A DNA stretch of 61,967 nt, the filler included, from Sphacelaria rigidula (taxonomy: Eukaryota): the NCBI GenBank assembly GCA_964200075.2. It is 10 parts of 10 records of this genome, joined end to end, with 100 filler letters (N's around TTAATTAATTAA, not from the genome) between each part and the next. Parts side by side here need not be neighbours in the genome. Positions count along the whole stretch, not along the records: positions 18,622 to 24,728 come from CAXNAA020022181.1; positions 24,829 to 30,935 come from CAXNAA020022182.1; positions 31,036 to 37,142 come from CAXNAA020022183.1; 7 more parts are not named here. One strand, given 5' to 3'. Shown here piece after piece: positions 22,940-34,193 of this stretch. The notes below the pieces were generated by a model. It saw only the letters and a list, made by a program, of their open reading frames with translations. It did not search any database and was not told the origin of the DNA. The stretch's first letter is position 1. The number at the start of each line of letters is the position of its first letter. A program made the position numbers and the translations under genes.

Positions 22940-24174
22940 CTGGCATCCCCCACGACGGAAAGTGGCAAGAGGAGGCGCCATCCGCCAGAAGAAGTTGCAA
23001 AGGGGGGCCGTGGCGGGGGAGATCATGTTCGTTTTCCTTCTATGTCGTCATACGCTCAGCACCTTCCCTTTTCTCGGGACAAGTCTGTGGTCTTCAGCGA
23101 TCAACTCATCTCTGCCCCGCTATATGCACAACATTTTTGTACCATACCGCATGGGATTGGATCATGACCATCAGCACTCCCGTACGACATCGGCTGTTGA
23201 TACACCCACGCCCTCACGTTTTCAAGAAACCAAAACAGGTTCTTCTCCAAAGAAGTAAAGTGTCTTACACCTCTTGAATATACCTTTGAGAAAATTGACC
23301 ACGAGTGAGCTCGAGAGGGACGAAACATTGCTTTAAATCAAAGGAAAGCCAACATCGAATTCGTCCCTCCCTCCTTGTCGAAAAATGACTCCAAACGGTT
23401 GTGTTCATGCGATGGTGCTAGCTTATGTGGAACTTGATGCACGACCCATGTACCCACCCGGTACGGGGAACGGGTAGGGCAGGGGTTGACAAGTCCTTCA
23501 AACCCTTGACCCCTTCCCTCCTACCACACTACAAAATGATGTCTTTCAGCGACTCTATCTGAACGTCATGCCGCGATAGCCCCCCCCCAAACACCAGCCC
23601 CTAACGTGTCACGAAGGAAATGGCCATACAGCGCATGATAACGGTTCCATATTTCGTGAAGCCCCTCATATGGGCAACATTGGCGATAACGATCCCAAGC
23701 ACGGGAGTTCCCAGCTGCTCGGTGTGCTCGGCTTTTGTCATTTTGATTCGCATGCCGATTTGGCCTCCTCAAGCCAGCCATTTTTGTGGGGGGAGCTATC
23801 GGGCCATCACTCCTGAATGCAGTCGGTACTACAAGTATTGTGAGGGAGTCCTGACAGCGGGTCCGGTAAAACCACGCTAGAGCACAAACACACGCGCACG
23901 CACGCTCAACGACACACGACACACGACACACGACACACGACACACGACACATGCACATTGATAATCCGTCGAGCTGGCTTGGCTTCTGCTACTCGAAGGT
24001 TTCAACCGCTCTTTACTACGTGGTAACAGGTGAGGTTTAAGAGAAATATTTGATATAATGAATGGGCCTAGACACTCGAGAGCACACGTGCACTTTTGAT
24101 ACAAAAATATCAGTACCCTGTTCAGGCGTGTTCGGCAGCGTTGTGCGAGAAGCATGCACTTGCCGTAGCTGCAC

Positions 24175-24321
24175 CTGATACGCGTTGATCCTCCTCCACC
24201 TCAACCCCCCGTTCTCCCACTTTTCGCTGTTGCGCTCCGGGGCGCTCATCACTCTCTCCGGCAACTTGGGGGCAGTTTAGCTGTGGTAGCAAGTCAACTT
24301 TGCAAGAACTTAATCGCCAGA
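24175..24321 (-). CDS. Inosine-uridine-preferring nucleoside hydrolase family (IAG/purine-specific type), upstream exon
   Basis: CAG acceptor and GTGCAG donor. WRLSSCKVDLLPQLN resembles the FP-x2-WR-x5-VD-x-LP-x-LN segment of IAG-type hydrolases. Phase-1 join to the next exon. Confidence 0.78.
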
Positions 24322-25748
24322 CTGGGGGAAGCGTCATAACATGGGACGTGAAATGGAGGAGCGCACGTATTACGGGAGAGTAAGTCATAGGGAAAGGAGT
24401 GAGCTATTTCCAGGCTTTCGTGCACGTACCCGCGGTAGGACCTAACTAAAGTTTCCGTTTGCACACAATATTGCTCCGAGCGAACATACACGACCCTCCC
24501 CCGCATTCATGGCAAGCGTCGCAGCTGAAAGCTCCTCCGGTTTCGTCTGACCTTTCAGCCACACCCCAACCGTTCGCGGAAGGGGGTGGAGTAGCAAATC
24601 CACTCGAGAAATAGATCACTCGATACGGAGAAACATATCGCTTACAACGGGCCTACCGCTAGGAGTAGAGAAATGTCTCAAGCAACCTGAGTATCAATCT
24701 ACTCTTCTCATATTGGAGTCATCCTACGNNNNNNNNNNNNNNNNNNNNNNNNNNNNNNNNNNNNNNNNNNNNTTAATTAATTAANNNNNNNNNNNNNNNN
24801 NNNNNNNNNNNNNNNNNNNNNNNNNNNNCCACATGAGAGGCGTGTAGCAGTACGAAATCAGCGATAACGCCCAAATGAGTCGCGTCGTGCAGCACGAAAC
24901 CAGCTTTAACGGTATTTATGATCATCGCCTGCGTGCACGTTTTTGGCCGGTTCGTGGGGGGGCTATCTCGGTAGCAGCCTTCAGTAGTGAATTACAATAC
25001 CTTCAACAGTGTATTTCAATACCGCTTAGATGCCAAGCGACAGGAGCAGTTCATACTCTAACGTGGACCCGATGATCCTTTGACCAACGCGCTCACCAGA
25101 AACATTAACTTCCCGCTTCACCGCGTTTAGTCACTACGTACTACCTCTGTGTTTGGACAACGGTTGAGTGGCACCGTACATGGTTGGGAACCGGCACGAT
25201 CACCCTCTCGGCGGGCCCGTTTCTTGTTGGCGAAGACTTAGCATCTTCTGTGGTCGGGGCGGGCGACCGAATTGCGCTCATCGACAGTACAGATAGTTCA
25301 ATTCAAAACTGCACGTTGTTCAAGTGCTTTCCGCATCCTGCCGTACACAGATAGTGCAGACATTACATTCTTTCCGTAAGGCAAGCTGTCAAATATTTTC
25401 CACATCCTGCTGTATGCAGACGGTACTATATAGTCTGTACTGCACGTTGCCCGCTTTGCGAAATTTGGTTTCAAGTGATCAAGTGCCGCTTCGCCAATTT
25501 CTCCTCCACTTTTGTGCGTTCATTTTCCCCCGCGAGACTCATTATAGTTCTGATCTCGCCTTCAATGTACACGCAACAAAACGGAATGTCCGCACCGAAT
25601 TTCGGACTTTCCCTAAGCATCACTTTCAGTCAACGAGCCCACAGGGCAGTAGTAGTATATATCATGAGCATAGAAAACGAGGATGCGTAAAAGTTTCACA
25701 CATCGCTGATGATCTATCTGAATATTGTTTCTTATGTGTACTGATTTT

Positions 25749-26097
25749 GCCGGTCTCGCCGGTGGCTCAGTTGGTAACCTCGAAACCCTCTGACGGGTGG
25801 GTCGTGGGCTCGAATCTGGGAGCGATCTGAGATTTTTTCTCACACAGTGCCAAACAGTGGAAAACGATTATGTCGAGGGTACGCAAAATCCGACGTGGCG
25901 GTCGACGAGGGAAAGGGACTGCTGAACCCCTCTCAGGTTGGAAGAAAAAAAGGCAAGCATCGCAGAAGGAAGGTAGAGAACTAAATCTCACAGAAGGAAA
26001 AAAAACTCCTGTGTTGACCATACTCCTGTGTGACCCCGGCCGGTGCGCCGACATATACCAAAAGGTGTAGACCGGCGTCCGGAATGGATGGGACGAC

Positions 26098-26136
<39 letters not shown>
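25749..26136 (+). mobile_element. tRNA-derived SINE family 1, full length
   Basis: A-box TGGCTCAGTTGG, B-box-like GCTCGAATC, the same body as 8294-8626 and a (CA)~20 tail. Possible TSD ACTGAT. Confidence 0.85.
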
Positions 26137-26138
<2 letters not shown>

Positions 26139-26583
26139 ATCCGGATCATAAGCTAGCTCATTTGACCCCTTTTTTCATGTTTGCTACCTACAGCGCTGGA
26201 CGCCGCGCACGCGGAGTAACGCATAGGTAGCACTTTGGCTTCTCTTACCCAGTCGTAATGTACTTCGTGTCCTTGGACACCGCATCGGAGAATCCTCTTC
26301 GATTAGTTATTTGGGGTAGCTCATGAGCTGTCCGACCTGCAGGAAAAAATTAAGGGTAGGTTGGTCAGAGTATGTACTCTTGAGCACCCGGGTGTCATAC
26401 CCGGAGGTTTTCTCTTCCCACGTTTCGGGTAGATTGGATACGACTGCAATTACTTCACCCCAACGTTTGGGTAGACTTGGGTATGACGTAAGTACGCTAC
26501 CCAAACATGGACAGAGTACTCGCAGCATTCCCAGGGTATGGAGTATCAGTTGGGTGTGATATCAACCCTTCACCCAAAAAATG

Positions 26584-27095
26584 CAAGGTTGTATTCTGTA
26601 CGATACGGTTTTCTGTATACCCGGGGTGTTTTCGGTTTCTACCGTACCAGACACTTTCATGCCGGTACCCGACAGTTCTGTAAACTCTGTAAGACGTTCC
26701 TACCCTTCCCTGATCGTTCTGTGAATTATGTAGCCCCCCGCAGCGTTACCGGGGGCACGGGTATGCTTTTGATGAGATACCCGGTTGCGGGTACGGTTTT
26801 CTGTGCAGCCTCCATACCCTGCCCGACAGTTTTTGTGAGTTTTGTGCGCCTCCCGTACCCTTCCCGGACAGTTCTGTTAGTTCTGTACAAATTGTATGCC
26901 CGTACCCGGAGCGCCGCTTTGCCCGTGAAGAAATATACGATTGCCTGTACGGTTTTCTGTAAGCCTCCCATACTGTACCCGACAAGTTCTGTAAATTCTG
27001 TAAGACTTTCGTACCGGTACCCGATATTCCTGTAAGTTCTGAAAGGAATCCCATACCCTACAGAACATACCCGTACCCTACAGAACATAACCTTG
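26584..27095. mobile_element. Second copy of the 16100-16609 MITE family, nested in a different host MITE
   Basis: TIRs CAAGGTTGTATTCTGTA / TACAGAACATAACCTTG. Colinear with 16100-16609. TSD degenerate. Confidence 0.78.
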
Positions 27096-30000
27096 GAATA
27101 TTGGGTAGAGTTGGGTATGACCTCAGTCCCCTACCCAAATATGGGGTAATTAATCTCAGTAACCCCGACCGTTAGTGACCTCGTGACATTACTTCACAAC
27201 TGCCTTGAAAGTGCGGGCGAACAGTGATAATCAGTAGAGAGTATTGATTTTTTAGGGTATTTTTCAGGACCAGGACACAAAAAGTACACTACACTACAGT
27301 GTAGTGCATTATGCCGAACGGCACAGTGGGACATGCAGCACAGTACTTACAACCAAAGAACAGACACGGCCGCATGCCAACGGTTTTGCACCATGCCACC
27401 GACAACGGTGATGGAAGACGACATGGATTCTAACGAGAACGGCTGTGCAGCACTGCTGCTACGCGAAAGACTGCGAGCCGTTCACACCGTCTCCTTCCAG
27501 CTAAACATACACGAGGCTAGCAATAGTGAGGAGCTGCACCCAAGGCAACGCCTCGTGTGCACCGACCATTTCAATATGACGCGACACAACCAAGCGAATG
27601 CTGACGCCATGTCGGCGGCGGGGAGGTCGCCTGTCTGCGATGTCAAGTGTTGCTGATTCGTGACTGGTCCATTGTGACGAGGATGAAAGTTGTGAGGGAT
27701 GTCCCACGATGCTGGGTATGTTGATTGTTCATTACAAGGATGTGTCGGGTAGTATGAGCACCTTTGCTTGTTTTTCACTGTGGGCAATTTTTCCACTACA
27801 AGCTCGTCCGCAGAGCAGCCGGGCACCTCGCCAAGTCGACCATGTGTGTTCGGAAGTTTCCTGCGGAAGATTCTAAGCCAGGAACGAAGCCCGAGAGGCG
27901 CGGAATGACCATTCCGACTACTCACGGCCGTCAAAATGAGCACGTGGTTTCCTTGCAGGTGGACTACTTCGCTGTCTCGTTGTATTTCTCGTTTTGGTCA
28001 CGGTATTTCAACCGTAGACAACATGGGTGCAAATGCCGTGTTTTGTACTCTGCTCGTGGTCTGTGCCGCCTGTCCGACGCATCATGTGTTGCCAGCATCG
28101 CTTCACACTGTCTGTAGTAGTGTTGTGGAACATCAAGCAGAGGCATCAGCAGCATGCAGTAAGTTATGTTAGTGGCGAGTGATGGCACGCTGACTGTTTC
28201 TTGTCAGTGTATCCAGCGGAGACACGCCGCGCACATACTGACTCTGCGCGATAGCCTGCATGGTCAAAACCGGCCAGGGGGTTCTCCAGAACTAGTCATT
28301 AGATCCCAGCGTCCACATGATGATGAAAATGGTTGTTTTGTGCAGCGAGAAAGAGCTGTTCTGAACTCCAAATGTGGCACAGTCCATCCCAGTCCACCTG
28401 CGGGCGTTGCTGCCTAAGGGTTGAGTGTAAACACCGAGGTTCGCATCTTGAGTGGACCTGCCGGTCCCAAGTGCTCCTCGCGTAGACAGAACGCGTTTTT
28501 GCCCAAATCAGCCGCACTCGCCGATTGGAGGTCTGCCCACGCACACTTTGCCTAGGGAACGCTTTGCACCCCCCCCTTGCCCGAGAGTTCTCGGTACGCC
28601 TTTGGTTGGGGCGAGGGTTTGGGTCAGCGTTAACTAAAAAACGGTCCAACCATGAGGAGATTGTAGCCGAACTAAGACACACACCCAACTCGAACACTGC
28701 ATCATCAAGCACTTTGTGATGGAGTTCAACTTGGTTGGTCTTTATGAGAAAATGTGTGTTGTGCTATCATCCACCTATTACTGGACGCCAGTCTGCACCT
28801 TTCGGTATATGTGGGCGCATCAGCCGGGGTCACACAAAAACGCCAATTCATGACTTTTTTTTTATTTTGTACATTTGTTTTTAGTGCTCCACCTTCCTTC
28901 TGTTATGGAAAACTATTCATGATCTTGAGATTATGCGCGTTGTTCTGGGGATGTTGGGAGCCACGTATTACGAGGGTAACGGTCTCCCGCAAGTACCATG
29001 GGGCTGGTACACTCGCCTCGAGGGGGGGGGGGGGGGGTCTGGAAACACCATAGCACCGACAAAGTCCGCGTTCCCTTTTCCCAGGCTACCTCATTTTTGC
29101 TGCAAAACGTTGATTACGCTTGCTCCTCGTACACGAGATACAGTCCAAACGTTTTCACCTGGTCATACACGCTGCATGCTGTAGCTTGCCCTGTAGAAAT
29201 ATGGGTCAAGTCTGCGGCGTCCAGCCGCAAACTCGCGATATATGCCGTACGTACTAACCGGCATGAAGGTATATAAAGATGGCAGGACTGCCCTGACGAG
29301 ATTCACTCGCCGAGGGCGGTATAAACCTGTGTGTGCTCCACAACACGTTTAAGAACCCAGACTCTGCAACTAGAGCACCCACACAGCGCCCACGGTCGCC
29401 GGCCTTCCGTGGGAGCGTAGCGCTTTCGATATGTCGCGAGACAAGTTGGTTTTTCGAGGTGTCTACTAATCTGCCCCAGCTGATGAGCGAGGCGCAGTAC
29501 GGGTACCGTTGTCAATCCTGTGCTGTCAGCTTCGTAGTACTTACTCCCCGCGCTCTCTATGATACCATGTTGCACTTACTACTCGTACAGACTTGGAGAA
29601 TTCAATTGACGTTGGTCGTCCCCTCTTGCAAACATACGCTCGTTTTCACAAGCTTTATCGTAGGAGGGAGGGGGGAGGGGGGGTGGCATTCATAGTGATT
29701 TTTCTCGACTTCAGCTACTGTAGACAATTATTCAGCCGCCGCGTCCCGTTGGTGTAACTGGTATATGTCCGAACAGGTTGGGACCGAGTGGATGGTTCGA
29801 ATCTCGGCGGATGGTTTGTTTTTTCGGGTGAAGGAGTATCCGAATCCTGTTTTGAAAAGCTTGAGGACATAGAGTAGCATATCAAGTTGACCAAAAGTGG
29901 ACGCGTTGCGGGAGTGTTGATCTACTTCATCATACTAAAATGTCAAGCGTGTACCGGGGTAGAGATGAGTCGTTCTCTTGAGGCTACGAGCTTGTGCCGA

Positions 30001-30833
30001 GGAGGGGGAGTTGAAATTACGACCAGAAAACCCCCGCTAGTTACCCAGAAGCCACGCGAAAACTGATGGCCAAACCGTTTACGATCCCACAACGACAGTC
30101 GAGTCATAACTCGATGGTTGAATTTCATCCGTGACTCACCATCTGACCTGCCTATCCAAGCCGAAGTTATATATTTGTCCCTTATGGGCCAGTGTCTGAC
30201 AGAGTCGGCACCTAAAATCCCCCCCCATCCTCCTCCCTATTTTGGGGGCCGACAGCAGAGAGATCATACGAAGTATTGGCCAAACAGCAAGTTGACCCAT
30301 TGTGCATCGGTATGCCACAGATCAACCGTGGACCATCCACTGGCGATACAGTTCAGAGACGGCAGCTGATTTGGCTTCGATGCATTCACGTGAGAGTGTG
30401 GTGACCACGCAGTACACGATATGCTGTCGTTTGGGGTCGCGTTTGCAAATCGATAGAGTTCATCCAACCCCCCCGTCGAATCCCGTAATAAAAACGCTCT
30501 GTGCTTCAGTGAAGACTCATCACATTCGGATCTGGGGGGCAGCTGGCAATCCCAGGCACTCGCCAGTGTACGACGCAGCACACGTGTTCGCCCAGATTGG
30601 CGTCTCCGGCGCCGATTTGAGCTCTCCCGGTGCTTGCCGCCGCACCCTTTTGATTTAATGGTACAGCTGACATCATTTGATCGGAAAATATGAAAATATA
30701 GGTGTCCGTGTTCGAAAGCGGGAGGACGCGTGTATTAATAGCGTGAAGAGTCGTTCGACACATCGTATTTGACGAAGGTCGACGTGGTGGGGGAATGCTT
30801 GACCCAATCCGCGATACTAGAATGTAACGAGTG

Positions 30834-30866
<33 letters not shown>

Positions 30867-33769
30867 AGGGTAGGTCTTGGTCGGATGTGCGGCGTGTAAG
30901 GACAAAGCGCACTTCGCCGTGGAGGGCGGATCATTNNNNNNNNNNNNNNNNNNNNNNNNNNNNNNNNNNNNNNNNNNNNTTAATTAATTAANNNNNNNNN
31001 NNNNNNNNNNNNNNNNNNNNNNNNNNNNNNNNNNNCGAGACTACCAAGGAGGAAATCGTGAGGCTCATGACCATCCCTCTCGTGCAGGGCCTTCTCAGGT
31101 AACTCGCTGGCTTCGACTTGGGCTCGTATCCATCATTTCCCGACTAAAGGCGTACGACGTGCTACGTATGGTCGTATCGCGGTAAGGTCGGGGCAAGGCT
31201 GCGATTGACCTCGAGCGCTCTCGTTTGTAGTATGCTTTGCAGTAGCACGAAGCGGTACGTGTTGGCCATCCTGAAAGCGAATTTAGTACCACAGGGAATT
31301 ATGGAGCTTAATTATGCAAGCATTGTATTGTAATCTGGTATGGACGATCGCAGGAGCATGTAGTGGTTGACCCTATTTCATGCCAAGAATTATTCGCCAG
31401 TTCAAGGCCATACTGGCTTTCTTCGGGGTACACAAAAATACTTTTTTATGCAGGTGTTCCTTGGGCTTCAGCACAGGGCAAATAATCTGGTCTCATGCCG
31501 AACGGGCATACAATCTGGTCTTGAGCCGAACCGGCATGAAGCGTGGTGCCCGACTCTGTGCAGACTTGGCGTGAAATCGAAGAATGTAGCGAGTGCAGCA
31601 AGTCTAGGTGGCGAGTCAGTGACATGGCAGCAATTTTGAGCGGGAAAGCCATGCCGTGTGCGGCAGGGGAATGCTGCAAGTTGCCGAGCCATACGCCAGG
31701 CCCGTCTACCGACACAGTACATCGGTACCGCAAGATATTCGCACTTTGTTTCACCCATGATACTGTAGTAAATATGCGTGTAGGTTCCGTGCGCTGGAGA
31801 GCGTATGAGGGTGAATCGTTCGAGGTGGAATGACCAGCAGTAGGCTATAAAATGTTCATGGTTGATATTTTTGTCAGAAATCACTACCCCTGAAACCCTC
31901 ACCCTAACCAAAGGGATACCGAAAACCGTCGAGCGAGGGATGCACGCAGGGTTTTCTAGGCAGCGTGCGGCCTTGGTAGACTCCAAATCGTCGCCTGTAT
32001 CGCTGATTTGAACTACAACGCGCTCCGTCAGCCCCACTCAAGATCCGATTCTCATTGTTACACTCAAATGAAGTAGTATCAGCCATGGGCATATTATAGC
32101 CCAACGCCGGTTGACTCCTCTGAACCGTTCAGCGAGAGCGCGGTAACTCGCAACCTCAACGCTGAGAGGAACAATAGGTGTCTCTTGTGACTAGGTCGCG
32201 AGGCGCTATCGTAAGACAAACTGCACATCAACAACGGGTAGATGGAGCAGACCAGACTGCCATATTGTATACTACAAAGAGGTAAATTGCTTGAGCTACG
32301 CAAATGCTTCCTATATTTTTTTCTGCATACCAACAACTATGCAGACAGTGGTCATCCATCCGTGCTTCAATATGCACCCAACGTCTCCCAGAACCATTCG
32401 CTTTCACATTCGCCGGATGTTCGGTGAAGCACAATCGTGCTTGGCAAATTTGTCTGATTTTGTGCCGAATCGATATAAAAGCGGACTCCGTTTTTATACC
32501 CAGTTAGCATTAATTGATCATATGCGAGTTCAGTATTATTCCGATATCTTTCGGGGTACACTACCAGGTCAAGAATCGGCTCTGCCTCTGTAATGGGAAG
32601 AAATGCGGGAAGACATTGAGTTGTGTTCTTGGTGTAAGGACTCGAGACGAGGTTCATTTTCTGAAATATCTACGACGAGCTGGGCTAGCCGAGAAGCGAA
32701 TTTGTAGTTTGCAGGCCCATTCACCGGCCAATATTTAGAGTTGGATCCTGAAACTGGCATAATAAAAATAAATACCAGGATACACAGGTGTTGTTTTCCA
32801 TGAGTTTAGGGCATCGCCCTCAACTCATGAAGAAGAAATCTTGTGTGCACTGGTCAGTATAATGCGCTTACCTCACAAATAGAAAACCCTTGTAGGCACT
32901 GGGTTATATTTTTATTATGCCCTATTCATTGCCCATACCGAATTCCAGGATCCAACTCTGAATATCGATTGGTGAATGAGGCGTTTGGGGACGGGGTCAG
33001 AAGAAATTCGGAACAGTATTCTGCAGGCCACTTACCGGCCGACGTTTGGTGTTTGTGTATTGAAATTTTGTGTGGGCCGTGGCTAGGTCATAATCGACGA
33101 AACAAAGTGGGTCAGGTTGATTCGTTTTTCACTGGTTTAGGGCGTTTTAGTATGGAAACGACCATTTTTTACGAAAGCGCCGGAGAACCTTCCCCCTCCC
33201 CGAAACATTTATGGCCCACTTTTTTTTATTCAGCATACCTCTGTGGTTCTTCATGCTGAGTTTCAAATTACAATCCTATAAATTGAGCTAACAAATTGAG
33301 ATAAGGCCGAAGAGCAGTGTTCATTTCTCCTCAAACTGACTCAAAAACCTTTGAAAAAATGAAGGAGGAACGAAAAACATGAAGAGCTGTTTTTTCCAAG
33401 CTTTATTATGCAGTAGCGGTTCCCCATACGAAATTTCATGCCAAAACTCTCAAGAACTGAACCGCGATATCCAGGTTTGGTTCATCTAGCGCCTCTGCTC
33501 GTAATATGCTGGTTTTAGTATAGAAAGTTATGTGCGCCATATCTGGAGATAGATTACGTATCTATCGTCCTCCCCTGCTCCAGGGAATGTCCACACCAAA
33601 ATTCGTCTTCCGCTGAGTGTATCGATCGGCAGTTTCATAGAGACTTTAGTATAGATGCTATTTCCATTAGGTATGGAAACGACTAGACATGGGGTTTAAT
33701 CAACGAGATAAATATTGGCCCAGAATTTTGAGCAGATGGGTACCTTCCCCTTCGTTGAACCATTAATAC

Positions 33770-34193
33770 CAGGGAGGGATATGTGACACACGTGACACAT
33801 TTGAAAAAAATCCGGGAAAAACGTAACTTCGGGCCATTTAACGCTACGTGAGATTTGATTTTTTGGACGGGACAGATGCCACGGAACGTGATGTAACACG
33901 TGGGCCTTGAAGCAGTGTCTCTCGGTGTTTTTCAGATGTAAAAAAAAGGCTGTTTGTGAATTTTTAACGTGACACATGACACGTGACATATTCACGAGAA
34001 CAAGCAGAGTTTTCGTCACATTTGGAAAATAAAACGCAATGTTGGGGTTCATGCGAAGGACCACACGTTACGTCACGTTACGTTACATATGTCTCATCCA
34101 AAAAATCAAATCATACGTAGAGTAGAACAACCCGAAGTCACGTGTTTTCGAATGTGTCACGTTCTAACGTCACGTGTCACGTATCCCTCCCTG
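33770..34193. mobile_element. hAT-type MITE with CAGGG termini and perfect 8-bp TSD
   Basis: TIRs CAGGGAGGGATATGTGACAC / GTGTCACGTATCCCTCCCTG. TSD ATTAATAC at 33762-33769 and 34194-34201. Many internal GTGAC/GTCAC motifs. Confidence 0.88.

Noticed and set aside
25749..25830. tRNA genes at the SINE heads (also 8294, 46949 and 9660-9728)
   Set aside because: A/B boxes are present but the cloverleaf stems are not, and each head continues into a shared repeat body.
28455..28480. Twister-like GCCGGTCCCAAG motif
   Set aside because: The closing CCCGG and the downstream GAGGG pseudoknot partner are absent, and the motif is not conserved in the other two copies of this repeat.
31543..31833. CxxC-containing ORFs (also 40215-40427) as Fanzor/TnpB or zinc-finger proteins
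   Set aside because: No RuvC motifs or terminal DRD-x-NAA-x-N signature; isolated cysteines are expected by chance.
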